Assembly (NCBI GenBank): GCA_051313645.2
Contig: JBNRSN020000005.1
Location: 162,502,001-162,566,000, forward strand
DNA length: 64,000 nucleotides
Direction: 5' to 3'
From: Centroscyllium fabricii
Lineage: Eukaryota
Shown here: one piece after another, positions 11,487-24,587 of the stretch
Numbering within the stretch: the first letter of the stretch is position 1
How the letters are laid out: each line of letters starts with the position of its first letter
The notes under the pieces: model-generated
Databases searched by the model: none
Seen by the model: only the letters and a program-made list of their open reading frames with translations
Told to the model about the DNA's origin: nothing
Made by a program: the position numbers and the translations under genes

Positions 11487-14400
11487 TGATGCATGATCAG
11501 TTATACTCAAGACGAAGTTAAGAATACAACTGAGGCTTTTATTAACTAAGAACTGGAGTACAGGTCTTATCTTGTTACTAACCGACCCTGGAATGGCACG
11601 AGGTCAGCAGGGCTGTGACCTTTATACGGCAGCCTGCGGGTGGAACCCAGAGGCGGAGCCGGCTGAGGCATCCCAGGTAGGCAAGAGGCAACCACAAGAG
11701 GCAACTATATACAATGCAGTGTTACAGTACAGATAACTATATACATTTGTGGTAAACCGTATTACCACATTCACCCCTTGCTTAAGATTGAGTCCGGCGG
11801 GGTGAAGTGGTCATGCTGGGGGCAGAATATGAAAGCCTTTCGGGGGGGTCTAGTCTCCCTTCGTGACCATCGCAGCTCCGGCTGTTGTGCGGGATCCTCG
11901 GGTGCCATCGGTGGTGTGGCAGCAGTCTGTTGAAGGTCGTGCATCGTCGGTGGATCACGGGTCTCTGGTATGCCGTCTACAGGGGCTAGAGAAAAGGGTG
12001 GTAATGACGTTGTGTCGAGAGTTACGGTGGGGGGGTGGGTGGTGGTCTCAGGGACACCCGAGGGTGCAAGGTCTCTAATGCAGACGGTGTCCTCCCGCCC
12101 GTCAGGGTACGCCACGTAAGCGTACTGGGGTTGGCATGGAGGAGCTGTACCCTTTCGACCATGGGGTCCATCTTATGGCCGCTCACGTGTTTCCGGAGCA
12201 GGAAGGGCCCTGGGGACGTCAGCTACGATGGTAGCGAGGTCCCCGTGGCGGACTTCCTGGGGAAGGAAAACATCCGCTCGTGAGGGGTGCCGTTGGTCGC
12301 AGTGCAAAGTAGCGACCGAATGGAGTGGAGTGCGTCAGGGAGGACCTCTTGCCTGCGGGAGACTGGGAGGCCCTTAGACCACAGGGCTAGGAGAGCGGCC
12401 TTCCAGACCGTGCCATTCTCCCTCTCAACCTGCCCGTTACCTCAGGGGTTGTAGCTGGTGGTCCTGCTTGTAGCAACTCCCTTTTCGAGCAGGTACTGGC
12501 GCAGCTCATGAACTGTGGATGTAGTTGGGGAGGCCGAACATGGTGAAGATGCTGTGCAGGCACCTGATGGTCGTGGCCGCGGTCATGCCTGGGCAAGGGA
12601 TAGCGAAGGGGAAACGTGAGTACCCATCAATGACGGTGAGGAAATACACGTTTCGGTTGGTGGAGGGGAGGGGCCCTTTGAAGTCGACGCTCAAAGGGGC
12701 GGTTGGCCTTAATCAGGTTAGCTCTGTCTGGCCTAAAGAAGTGTGGTTTGCACTCGGCGCAGGTCATGCAGCTCCTGGTGACGGCCCGGACCTCCGAAAC
12801 GGAGTAGGGCAGGTTGCGGGACTTAACAAAATTAAAAAGACGGGTGACCCCCGGGTGGCAAAGGTCATTGTGGAGAGATTGCAATCTATCCAATTGTGCG
12901 CTGGCACAGGTTCCGCGTGATAGAGCATCCGGGGGCTCATTGAGTTTACCAGGCCGGTACAAGATGTCATAGTTATAGGTGGACACCTCGATTCTCCACC
13001 TCAGGATTTTATCATTTTTGATCTTACCCCGCTGTTTGTTATTAAACATGAAAGTCACTGACCGCTGGTCAGTGAGCAGGGTGAATCTTCTACCGGCCAG
13101 GTAATGTCTTCAGTGCCTCACCGCTTCCACGATGGCCTGGGCTTCCTTTTGCACCGAGGAGTGTCTGATTGCGGGGCCTTGGAGGGTGCGGGAAAAGAAG
13201 GCCACAGGTCTCCCCGCCTGGTTGAGGGTGGCGGCCAGAGTGAAGTCATCGGCATCACTTTCCACCTGGAACGGGGTGGATTCATCCACGGCGTGCATGG
13301 TCGCCTTGGCGATGTCGGACTTGATGCTCTCGAAGTCTGCGCGACCCTCGTCCGCCAGGGGGAAGAAGGTTGATTTGATGAGGGGGCGGGCTTTGTCAGT
13401 GTACTGGGGGACCCACTGGGCATAGTATGAGAAAAATCCCAGGCACTTTTTCAGGGACTTGGGACTGTGGGGGAGGGGAAGCTCCAGGAGGGGGCGCATG
13501 CATTCAGGGTCAGGGCCGATGACCCCGTTCTCCACGACACAGCCCAGGATGGTGAGGCGGGTGGTGCGGAAGACACATTTATCCTTATTATAAGTGAGGT
13601 TAAGGAGTTGGGCGGTCTTGAGAAATTTGGCCAGGTTGGTGTTGTGCTCATGCGTGTCATGGCCGCAGATGGTGATGTTATCTAAATAGGGAAATGTAGC
13701 CAGCAGCCCGTTCTGGTCCACCATACGGTCCATCTCCCGCTGGAAGACTGCCACACTGTTGGTGACGCCGAAGGGGACCCTGAGGAAGTGGTAGAGGCGG
13801 CTGTTCGCCTCAAAGGCGGTGAACTGGCGGTCCTCGGGGCGGATGGGGAGCTGGTGGTACGCAGACTTCAAGTCAATCATGGAAAATACCCGATACTGCA
13901 CAATTTGATTTACCATGTCAGAAATGCGGGGTAGGGGGTATGCGTCCAGCTGCGTAAACCTGTTTATGGTTTGGCTGTAGTCGATGACCAAGCAGTGCTT
14001 CTCGCCGGTCTTGACGACTACAACCTGAGCTCTCCAGGGCTGTTGCTGGCCTTGATGACTCCCTCCTTCAGGAGCCGCTGGACCTCTGATTTAAAGAAAA
14101 CCCTATACTCCTTGCTGTAGCGTCTGCTCTTTGTAGCTATGGGCTTGCAGTCAGGGGTGAGGTTAATGAACAGTGGAGGAGGGGCGACCTTGAGGGTCGA
14201 GTGGCTGCACACAGTGTGGGGCTGTCGTTTTAAAAACTGCTGGCTACAGACAGTGAGGGGGTGGAGGGGCCCACCGTACTTCATGGTTATGCTGTCGAGA
14301 TGGCTCTGAAACTCTAGCCCGAGTAGGACGGCAGCGCAGAGGTGGGGGAGGATGAGGAGTTTAAAATTGTTGTAGACAGTGCCCCGCGCTGTCAGCGTAA

Positions 14401-15910
14401 CGACGCAGTAGCCGCCGACAGCTGCCGTTTGTGTTTTAGAAGCCAGGGAGATCCGCTGGTGCGCCGGGTGAACCGAGAGAGTAAGCCTCCGTACAGTATC
14501 CAGATTGATAAAGCTTTCAGTGCTCCCAGAGTCAAAGAGACAGTTCGTGGTGCGGCCATTTACCTGAATGTCCATCGTGGACCTGGCGAGCTGGTGGGGC
14601 CTAGACTGGTCCAGGGTGACGGAGGCCAGTCGAGGTAGCAGCAGGTTGTGATCCAGCAAAGAATCCGGTGAGGAGGGGGGAGGCATGCGTGCGCGGCCGG
14701 TTCCAAGAAGGCGGCGCCCATGGATCGCACGAGCCGGGGGAGACCCAAGATGGCCGCCCCCTTGCTCACCACGCGGCAGGGTAAGATGGCCGCCCCCTTG
14801 CTTACCACTCCAAGATGGCCGCTCCGCCAGGCCACACGCGGCGCTGCTGGGGTTGGGGGAGGGTCTGGCCTTGCAGACGCTGGCATAGTGCCCCTTCTTC
14901 CTGCAGCTGGAGCACGTTGCCGATTTCGCCAGGCAGCGCTGCCTGGGGTGTTTTGAGTAGCCACAGAAGTAGCATTTCTGGGCGCTGGATACAGCGGCAG
15001 CGGCTGTGAGCAGGGGAGGCGTGGTGGGGTTCTGTCCTACCGTCCATGATGGCTGCGCCCATGTCGCCCACGAGGTTGTCGGCTGTTCATAGGCCTCCAT
15101 GTTCCAATGTGCAACGTCCAGGGAGTTTGCGAGAGTTATTGCGCTTTTTAGGTCGAGGGTCTCCTGTTCGAGCAGCTGCTGGCGGGTGTAACTCGATCTT
15201 ACACCCGCAACGAGAGTGTTGCGGATCAGTTCATCCAGGTAGACCTCAGCCGAGACCACCTGGCAGTTGCAGCCCCGACCGATTTCCCGCAGCTCCTCAA
15301 CATAGTCCGCAATAGACTCACCGGCCTATTGCCTGCGGCACAGCAGTTGGTGTCTCGCATAGACCTCATTCATCGGGGTCTCGAAACGGTTCTTGGAAGA
15401 TCTTCAGAGCGCCTGCGTAGGTGGTTTTCTTCTGGATTAGCCCGTAGATAGCTGGGCTGACCCGGGATAGCAGGACCGCCAATTTATTGGCATCTGTGGT
15501 GATGGTCGTTGCAGAGGCAGTTAAAAAGAGTTCAAACACCCTGAGCCAGTGGGCGAAGTTCCGGGGTGTGTCCGGTGCCTGCGGTTTATCTCCAGGCAAT
15601 TAGGTCACAATATTTTGTCCATCGCTGAAGTTAATAAAATTGATGCACGATCGATTATACTCAAGACAAAGTTAAGAATACAACTGAGGCTTTTATTAAC
15701 TAAGAACTGGAGCACAGGTCTTATCTTGTTACTAACCGACCCTGGAATGCCACGAGGTCAGCAGAGCTGTGACCTTTATACGGCAGCCTGTGGGTGGAGC
15801 CTGGAGGTGGAGCCGGCTGAGGCATCCCAGGTAGGCAAGAGGCAACTATATACAATGCAGTGTTACAGTACAGATAACTATATACACTGGTGGTAAACCG
15901 TATTACCACA
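11487..15910 (-). mobile_element. Ty3/Gypsy LTR retrotransposon A (YLDN family), complete but decayed
   Basis: LTRs 11487-11769 and 15641-15910, TSD GCATC, PPT AAGGGGTGAA; gag with two CCHC knuckles, PR (LFDSGS), RT, RNase H, integrase. Confidence 0.97.
11771..15622 (-). pseudogene. gag-pol of Gypsy A (multiple frameshifts and stops)
   Basis: ORF pieces 14018-15259 (gag/PR), 13110-13991 (RT/RH, FPYLDN), 12627-13058 (KIKNDKILRWRIE, zinc-binding), 12506-12694 (SVDFKGP). Confidence 0.93.
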
Positions 15911-16129
15911 GCATCTTAATATTTTCACTTAATAGTTTCTGTTGTGTATGTAACATACGGTAATGCCATGCCTCTACTACTGTAATACCACACCCCACCA
16001 CCTCTGTATATAAGGTACTGGGTGGAGCACTTGACCCGTTACCCTTCTGCTGACCTGAAGTAAAGACTGTTGATCCACAGCACATTGTGTCGAGTATTTC
16101 TTTAATGGTAATAGTCACGGATTTAACAC

Positions 16130-16140
16130 TGGCGACGAGG
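16130..16140 (+). promoter_or_regulatory. Primer-binding site, tRNA-Ser(GCU)-type
   Basis: TGGCGACGAGG one base after the 5' LTR; complementary to the 3' end of tRNA-Ser(GCU) (..CCUCGUCGCCA). Confidence 0.8.
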
Positions 16141-16229
16141 TCAGTCGAACCTATGGCAACAGAAGACAGAAATCGGCACAGGCGACATCGAACCTAAGGA
16201 CCCACCCCGCACTCCAGTACCACGGAGGG

Positions 16230-16560
16230 GTGTAGGCAGCAGACAGGACGGCCAGCACTCCAGCATCGGGAGCAGCATTGGCAGTAACCAGGGAGGCAAG
16301 CAGCCGACATCGGGGATCAGCACGGAGAAGCGTTGGCAGCAGCCTGCAGTCCAGCAGAGGAAGAAGCGTTGGCAGCAAACGACAGGCCAACATCGGAAAA
16401 AGCGTTGGCGGCAGCCTGCACTCCAGCATCGGGAGAAGCATTGCAGCAGCCTGCTCTCCAGCATCGGGAGAAGCGTTGGCAGCAGCCTGCTCTCCAGCAT
16501 CGGGAGAAGCGTTGGCAGCGGCCTGCATCCAGTATCGGACTGGGAGGACCAGTGGCTGAG
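16230..16560 (+). repeat. 36-bp tandem repeat in the Mag element leader
   Basis: Unit GCAGCAGCCTGCTCTCCAGCATCGGGAGAAGCGTTG, several degenerate copies. Confidence 0.85.
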
Positions 16561-16951
16561 GCAGCGCGCACCGAAGGAGCCCAAGGAAAGCCGACCACCA
16601 GGTAACACGCCGGACCTCACACGAGGTGGGGGAAAAAGGTAAGGCGATTACTGCAAGCGGGTGGTCGCGGAAAAAGGGCAAGGAGAACACCATTTTGAGT
16701 CGGGCAGACGCGAGGAAGATGCGGAAAAGGGCGCAACAAGACACCATCTTGGGTCAGGAAGATGCGCAGAAACGCCATCTTGAGTCGGGAAGACACGAAA
16801 AAGACGCGAGAAAGGGTGCGAAAAGACGCCATTTTGACTCGAAGACGCACAAGGGTGCAAAAAGATGCCATCCGCGAAAACGCGATAAAGACGGAAAAGG
16901 GCGCGAAAAGACGCCATCTTGGGGGACAGAAACTTAAGAAAATTCAGTACA

Positions 16952-17698
16952 ATGGAGAAATCAGAGGCCTTAGGGACGTTCAACGCAGACAAGGAAGACT
17001 GGGAAGCATTCATAGAGCGTTTCGAAATTTACTGCGAAGTAAAAAAAGTAACAGACACAAATAAAGCCATGACATTGCTAAATGCAATCGGGGCAGAGAC
17101 GTACGGGTTATTAAGAACTCTATTAAGACCAGATAAACCAGCAGACAAATCGCTGGAGGAGTTAAAAATAGCCTTAAAGAATCACTTAAACCCCAAACCA
17201 CCGTTCATAGCAGAACGGTTCAGATTTTTCAAGCGTGACCAACATAAGGGAGAGTCCCAGGCAGAATACCTAACAGAGTTGAGACGACTCTCAAAGAACT
17301 GCCAATTTGCAAACGGACTAGCAGATCACATGAGGGACCGATTTGTCTGTGGCTTATTAAATGAAGCCACACAAAAAAAACTGCTAACAAAGACAACGCT
17401 CACCTTGGAGCAGGCGGTAAAGATCGCGGCAGCACACGGAGCGGCTGCATTGGGGGCTGCGGACATCAGGCAGGGGGCAACATACTGTAACACACACGAG
17501 GTAACAGCCAACAAGTGCTATAGTTGCGGGAAAACCACACATAACCAGGCACAATGCTGGTTCAAGGATAAAACCTGTCATCAGTGGGGGAAACTAGGTC
17601 ACATAGCCAAAGTCTGTAGGTCAGGGATGAAGCCCCTAATGTCAGATACCCAGGAAGGGCAGAAGAGTCCACCGGCTGTCCGAGGACCGCTCAGGTAG
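16952..17698 (+). CDS. gag of the Mag-type element (probably prematurely terminated)
   Basis: EDWEAFIERF..LLNAIGAETY..IAERFRFFKRDQ..MRDRFVCGL; CYSCGKTTHNQAQC and a damaged second knuckle (CHQW). Confidence 0.85.
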   Translation: MEKSEALGTFNADKEDWEAFIERFEIYCEVKKVTDTNKAMTLLNAIGAETYGLLRTLLRPDKPADKSLEELKIALKNHLNPKPPFIAERFRFFKRDQHKGESQAEYLTELRRLSKNCQFANGLADHMRDRFVCGLLNEATQKKLLTKTTLTLEQAVKIAAAHGAAALGAADIRQGATYCNTHEVTANKCYSCGKTTHNQAQCWFKDKTCHQWGKLGHIAKVCRSGMKPLMSDTQEGQKSPPAVRGPLR

Positions 17699-17726
17699 CG
17701 AGTCAGAAACCGCCAGGAGAGAAGAA

Positions 17727-20700
17727 TTGGGGCTAGGTAGCCTCAGGGTACACAACTCCAAAGATCACAGCGTCATGTGGATAAACCTGAAGGTCGCAGG
17801 GGTAAGGATTAATATGGAACTGGATACGGGGTCAGCCCTATCGGTAATAAATGAAAAGGACTATAAAAGGCTATTCAGAGGCGTGCCCCTGGGGGACACG
17901 CCAGTAATTTTAAAAACATATATGGGACAGAAGTTCCAGACGATGGGAAGGTTACCAGTCACGGTACAATATAATGAAATGAATGTAACAGGCTTGTACC
18001 TCTATGTCCTACAGAATGGAGGACCACCACTCCTAGGGCGAGAATGGATCAGGAAGATCCACCTAGACTGGAATTCCATCAACGAACTCCAAGTAAGGAG
18101 GAAAGAGAAGAACGACAAGGACCCAACGGTTGCGGGGAAACTAGCTGAAATTCTGGCAAAGACCACAGAGGTATTCCAACAAGGGTTGGGGAAACTGAAG
18201 AACATTCAGGCAAAAATCACAATCACACAGGGCGCCACACCACAATTTGCTAAAGCACGGGTGGTGCCATACGCAATAAGGCCGGCGGTGGAGGCGGAAT
18301 TAAAGGCCCTAGAAGACGAAGGGGTCTTATCAAAAGTAGAGTGGAGCGAGTGGGCAACACCCATAGTGCCAGTAATCAAGAAGGCCCAATTAAGGAAGGG
18401 GAATCAAAAGAAGTCCGCATTTGCGGGGATTTCAAGACGACACTCAATCCGGTCTTGAAAATAGTACAGTACCCCCTGCCAAGGATCGACAACATATTTG
18501 CCTCGTTGGCATGGGGGGAAACATTTCAGCAAAATTGACCTGTCCCAAGCTTATTTGCAGATGGAGGTGGAACCGGAGTCCAGGAAGCTGTTGACGATAA
18601 ACACACACAAAGGGTTGTACCAATATAATCATATGGTATTTGGGATAGCGTCAGCCCCAGCTATATGGCAGAGGACCATGAACCAGGTTCTACAGGACAT
18701 CCCAGGGACACAATGTTACCTGGATGACATATTAGTGACAGGGGAAACAGACGGGGAACACTTGGCCAATCTGGAAAAGGTACTAGATAGGCTAAAAGAA
18801 TATGCCCTGTGGGCAAACCGACAAAAATGTGAATTGTTTAAAGACCGCATCTCATATTGTGGCCATGAGATAGACAAAAAGGGCCTACACAAGTCCCCAG
18901 ATAAGATCGCAGTGGTAGTAAAAGCCCCGCCCCCAGAAAATGTGTCACAACTGCGGTCATTCCTTGGCCTCATAAATTACTACAAGTTCCTCTCCAACTT
19001 GTCGACCGTATCACACCCCCTGAATGCACTGCTACAAGCAGGTGCTCCATGGAAATGGGATGAGGCCTGCATGACTGCGTTTAAGAAAAGCAAGCAACTC
19101 ATAACATCTAAAGAGGTGCTAGCACACTTTGACCCGAGACTGCCAATAAGGCTGGCATGTGATGCATCACCATATGGCATTGGGGAGGTACTGTCCCACA
19201 GATGTGGGGACGGAACAGAGAGGCCGATTGCATTTGCATCAAAATCACAGACGGCGGCAGAGAAAAACTATGCGCAGATCGATAGGGAGGCACTCAGCCT
19301 CGTGTGGGGAGTAAAAAAGTTTTATCAGTACCTACATGGCCAAAAATTTACACTACTGACGGGCCACCAACCCTTAATCTCAATTTTTCATCCCAGTAAA
19401 GGGGTACTGCAGATGACAGCCCAGCGACTACAGAGATGGGCATTGTTCCTGGGGGCGCACCAATATACGATAGAGTATAAGGGGACAAGATAGCACGGCA
19501 ATGCCGATGCCTGAAACCGCGGAGGATGCGCACCAGGTCCCCCTGGAAATATACCACACGGCATTGCTCAAAAACCTACCGGTTACGAGCCAGCAAATCA
19601 AGCGCGAAACCAGGAATGACCCCACCAAAGATATATGAAACCACGATAAAGGGGTGGTCCAGGGAGGACCAAACCCTATGGCCGGTGTATGCGTCAAGGA
19701 AAGACCAATTGTCGATATGCCGGGGCACTCTAATATGCAGGGCTAGAGTAGTTATACCGCCGAAATTACAAAAGAAAGTCCTGGCGAACCTGCACGAGGG
19801 ACACTTGGGGGGTGTCAAAATGAAGAGCCTAGCCAGGGCGTACGTATGGTGGCCAGGAGTAGATAAAGACATTGAGCTGTTGGCAAAAGAATGCCAAGGG
19901 TGTCAGAAAGTGCAGAATGCACCCCCTCAGGCACCATTACACCCATGGGAATGGCCATCATCTCCGTGGCAGAGAATCCACATCGACTTTGCGGGGCCGT
20001 TCATGGGCACCATGTTCCTAATAGCCGTGGACGCCCACTCCAAATGGCCGGAGGTGATACAGATGTCATCTACCACCGCGGAAAAGACGGTAATGGTACT
20101 CCGGACCATGTTTGCCAGGAACGGGATTCCTGAGCAAATCTGCTCCGATAATGGCCCACAGTTCGTGTCGGAAGAATTTAAGTCGTTTCTAAAAAGGAAC
20201 GGGATACGACACTACACGTCAGCACCATACCACCTGGCTATGAAGGGTTGGCCGAGAGATTTGTGCAGACGTTCAAAAAGGCAATCAAAGCCATGGGGAA
20301 GGGAAGCTGCCCCTACAGCATAAGATAGATAACTTCCTGTTTGCCTACCGCAACGCCGCACATGCGGTAACTAACCACGCACCTGCAGTTTTGTTTTATA
20401 ACAGGAGGCGACGAACCCGGCTGGACCTACTGAAGCCGAACATCCGGAGGGATGTGGAAAACCCGGTGTACCGCAGGGCCGCGGAGAGGAAAACCAGGAG
20501 TTTCGTGGTCGGACAACCAGTCATGGCCCGGGACTACCGAAACGACAAATGGCAACCAGGAACCATCAAGGCCAGGCAGGGGCCATTAACGTACACCGTG
20601 GACACGGACGAAGGACACATCAAGCGCCATGTAGACCAAATCGTGGGGGCTAGCAGAGAGAAAGTGTCCGCGGAACGCACGGGGCCACCCAACAACCCAA

Positions 20701-20840
20701 CAGACGAAGAGGCGACTGAAGAGACGCCCAGAAGTCCGCTGGCACCGGCTGGAGAGGAGCCCAGGAGCCCACTAGCGCCGGTCATCGATAGACGATACTC
20801 GTTGCGAGAGCGGAGACCACCCCAGAGACTGAATATTTGA
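17727..20840 (+). pseudogene. pol of the Mag-type element (PR-RT-RH-IN), frameshifted
   Basis: MELDTGS; [19 protein letters not shown]; LACDASPYG..YAQIDREAL; LHEGHLG..CQGC; PWQRIHIDFAGPF..SDNGPQF. Confidence 0.93.
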
Positions 20841-21139
20841 GTAACTAGTCAATCAGACTGTAGGTAAATAGTTAGCCAACCGCGTTAGATCTCCCTTCGT
20901 GTAAATATCATAAGTGTACAAGTAACATAAGATGTTGTGTATGTAACACGGTAATGCCACGCCTCTACTACTGTAATACCACACCCCACCACCTCTGTAT
21001 ATAAGGTACTGGGTGGAGCACTTGACCCCAGTTACCCTTCTGCTGACCTGAAGTAAAGACTGTTAATCCACAGCACATTGTGTCGAGTATTTCTTTAATG
21101 TCGTAATAGTCACGGATTTAACAGTTTCAGCCTTTTTCA

Positions 21140-21690
21140 GCGCTAGTTGTACAGGGCCATGGTCAGACCCCATCTGGAGTACTGCGCTCAGTTTTGGCAC
21201 TGACTCTCAGGAAGGATATATTGGCATTGGAGGTGGTACAACGAAGATTCACCAAATTATACCAGGGCTTGAAAATTTAAGTTACAAGGACAGATTGCAT
21301 AAACTTGGTTTGTATTCCCTTGACTGTAGATGGTGAGAGGTGATCTAATCGAGGTATTTAAAATGATAAAATAATTCAATAGGGTAGATACAGAGAAGCT
21401 ATTTCTTCTGGTGGAGGAATCCAGAACAAGAGGTCACAATCTTTTAGAATTAGAGCTAGGCCATTCAGGAGTGAAATCAAGAAGAACTTTTTCACACAAA
21501 TAATGGAAATCTGTTAAGGCTAGATCAATTGAAATTCTCAAGACTGAGGTCAACAGATTTATGTTAGGGAAGGGTATCAAAGGCTATGAATCAAAGACGG
21601 GTCAATGGAATTGAAGAACTGATCAGCCGTGATCTAACATAACGGAACAGGCTTGAGGGACAAAATAGCCTACTCCTGTTCCTATGAGCA
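21140..21690 (+). mobile_element. Old CR1 LINE 3' fragment
   Basis: TTGTACAGGGCCATGGTCAGACCCCATCTGGAGTACTGC (LYRAMVRPHLEYC) through the 3' UTR motif CCTACTCCTGTTCCTATG. Confidence 0.85.
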
Positions 21691-22034
21691 AGTGGCTGGA
21701 CAAATATGCAACCACTTACTACTGGAAGCCCACAGCAGAGACTCAACTCTGGAATTAGGTTTCTATCCTCTTGGGCAAATCAGGTGTGCAGTAGGAGAGA
21801 AAATAGTGATGGAAATATACGTTACCTTCCCCACCAAAAATTGTATTTGTATAAAAATGTATACCATTCTCTGTCTCTTTTCACCAGGTGTCCTTTATGT
21901 GAGTGGCCAATGGAATGGCGAGCCTACTCCAGTTGCCACTGTGCCCATGATATTCACTAACAGAATGGCTTCCAGTATTTTCTGCCAACTATTTGGATAC
22001 TCATCTGTACTTCTTCTCATGTCTACGCTTCAAA

Positions 22035-22510
22035 GGGATGGCAGCTATATTAAAATCTGAGGCAACGGATGCTACCAAGAGTGGCAGTAAGATCAAGGCA
22101 GCAGGTGGAGAATAAACGAGATCTGGGGTGGATGTTGGATTTTTAATAAACATGGGACTGAATAAAATCTAGTCCAAAGCTATACGGTTTGGTCAAATAT
22201 GATGTCAAGGTTGCAAAATGTCAAGTTAAGCCTAAGACAGTGGCTGGAAACGCAACTGGAATTGGTGGCCAGGGTACATATTCTATGTCAAAAGGTTGCA
22301 GAGAGATCGAAGAGAGACAGTGCACCATGGTCACAATCACAGAGGATGTCATTTGTGACTTTGGTTAGAGCATTTGCAGTGCAGCGGTAGGGGTGGAAAC
22401 CTGATTAGAGAGATTCAAATATAAAGTTGTGAGAAAGATGGGTATGGGTTTGAAAGGTGACAACATGTTCAAGGACTTTGGAGAGGAAAGGGAGGTTGGA
22501 GATGGGGCAG
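22035..22510 (-). mobile_element. L2-type LINE RT fragment
   Basis: Minus strand reads PISNLPFLSKVLEHVV near 22465-22510; degenerate. Confidence 0.7.
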
Positions 22511-22744
22511 AGACACCCCTTCCCTGGCTTGCTGAGCCATTTGTGTTAGTGCTGAGACATTTTTCCCATTTGTTGAGTTTAGGATGGGAATTCAGCTTTA
22601 GGAGCTGCATATTCACATTTGAGACATTCTTTTAATGGTAAATAATTTTTAAAAGCCACAAAGTGCTGAAAACTGCATTGTTTCACTTCATTTTAATCTG
22701 TGTTGCTTCAGTGCGCATGGCGCCTTTAATTCTCAGGCCACTTC

Positions 22745-23773
22745 ATTGTCCACTAGAAAGGCTGGGTATGCTTAGAGTGGATAAGTCGCCTGGTCCCGAT
22801 GGCTTGCATCACAGGTTGCTATGGGAAGTGGGGGAAGAGACAGCGGAAGGGCTTGCCATAATTTTCCAATCTTCCCCAGATGCGGGGAAAGTGCCTGAGG
22901 ATTGGAAAGTGGCAAATGTGACACTGTTGTTCAAGAAAGTGTGTAAGGACAATTCAAGTAACTATAGGCCGGTCAGTTTAACATCAGTGGCGGGTAAAGT
23001 TTTAGAAACAATAATCAAGGAAAAATATGAATGGGCATTTGGAGAGGTGTAAGCTAATTAAGGAGAGCCAACACGGATTTGTAAAAGGCAGATCGTGTTT
23101 GACTAATCGAATTGAATTTTTTGATTAAGTTACAGGGAGGATTGATGAAGGAAATGCAATGGATGTTGGCTACATGGATTTTAGGAAGGCGCTCGACAAA
23201 GTAGCACATAGAAGGCTGGTTAACAAAATTGAGGCTCATGGAATAGATGGGTCAGTGGCAGCTTGGATAAGGGATTGGCTCAAGGACAGAAAACAGCGAG
23301 TTGTGGTAAATGGCTGTTTTTCAGATTGGACGATGGTAGACAGTGTTCCCCAAGGGTCAGTGCTGGGGCCACTGCTTTTTTGATATATAAATGACTTGGA
23401 TATTGGAATAGAGAGTAGAATTTCTAAATTTGCCGATGACACCAAACTTGGGGGTGTGGCAAAACGTGAAGATGATACCAATCGACTGCAACAGGACATA
23501 GATAGACTAGTAGAATAGGCAGACAAGTGGCAGATGGAATTTAATACGGAGAGGTGTGAGATGATTTATTTTGGCACAAGGAACAAGAGAGAGGCAATAT
23601 ACACTTAATAGCACAGTTTTAAAGAGTGTGCAGGGACAGAGGGACCTGGGAGTTAATGTGCATAGGTCCCTGAAGGTGGCAGGACATATTGAGAGAGTGG
23701 TTAGCAAAGCATATGGGATCTTGGGCTTCATAAAAAGAGGTATTGAGTACAAAAGTAGAGAAGTTATGCTGAA
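22745..23773 (+). mobile_element. CR1 LINE ORF2 fragment
   Basis: DKSPGPDG..PEDWKVANV..NYRPVSLTSV; MDFRKALDKV; [12 protein letters not shown]; KFADD. Confidence 0.9.
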
Positions 23774-24205
23774 AGAAAGAACTATTTACAATGTTAACAA
23801 CATAGGTGGTCAGCAATTTAGTGGGAATGGGGTCAAGGGGGCAGACGGTGAGTCTGATGGACAAGATGAGCTTGGAGAGGGCATGGGAAAGTTAGGAAGA
23901 AAAATGATAAAATAACACCATTTCAGGGCTAGGACAGGGGGAAACCTTAGAGGAGGTTTGGCTTGGTAAGCAATGGGAAGGCGCAGAAGAGTGTGGCACA
24001 GGCAATTGAATGGATGGCCACAATCTTAGAAACAAAGGTGCCCATGAGTTGCTCCCATTTCTTGTTGGAGGTGACTGAGGAGGTGGCAGGGGAGAAGCGT
24101 TTAAGGAGTCAGTTGGTAGTGAAGTAAAGATTGAAGAGGCTATCTTCGCTCTCCAGGATGATCCTGGAGTAGTGGATGGTTTGGTGAGGCCCAACAGTAC
24201 TCAAT
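23774..24205 (-). mobile_element. L2-type LINE fragment
   Basis: Minus strand CPLDPIPTKLL..NIVNSS, typical of L2 ORF2. Confidence 0.7.
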
Positions 24206-24459
24206 GAGATTGAGCCAGAGCTGGTGATGTATGGTTAAACCAGCTGTGCACCACATAAACTTAGGTCCGCACCTCTTGGACTTGATGGAATAAAGATAGG
24301 GGCCATACCAGGGGAACAAGTGGGATTAGAGAGAGTAAAGGATTTACTGCAAATCTGAGACAGGTAGCACACATCCAGAGACCTGGGTCAGCTTCTACAT
24401 GTACACATAACTTGCTGCTCCACCTCTCTGCCACCTCTATTGACCTCTGCACTGATGGC

Positions 24460-24587
24460 AACTTCCATTCTATCCGAGCCTGAGTGTCTCCGCTTCCAAC
24501 ATTTCCGTTGGCAGCGAATTCCAGGTCCTCACCACTCTTTGCATAAAAAAGTTTTCCCTCACGTCCCCCTTGTATCGCTTGCCCAAA
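24460..24587 (-). mobile_element. Short CR1 fragment abutting Gypsy B
   Basis: GKRYKGDVRENFFMQRVVRTWNSLP. Confidence 0.8.

Larger units (their letters stand above)
15940..21123 (+). mobile_element. Mag-type (K02A2.6-like) Ty3/Gypsy LTR retrotransposon
   Basis: LTRs 15940-16128 and 20933-21123 (TGTT..AACA), TSD GTTTC, tRNA PBS, gag and pol remnants. Confidence 0.97.

Noticed and set aside
24224-24410. Possible LTR fragment (TGATGT.., AATAAA)
   Set aside because: No definable end or TSD.
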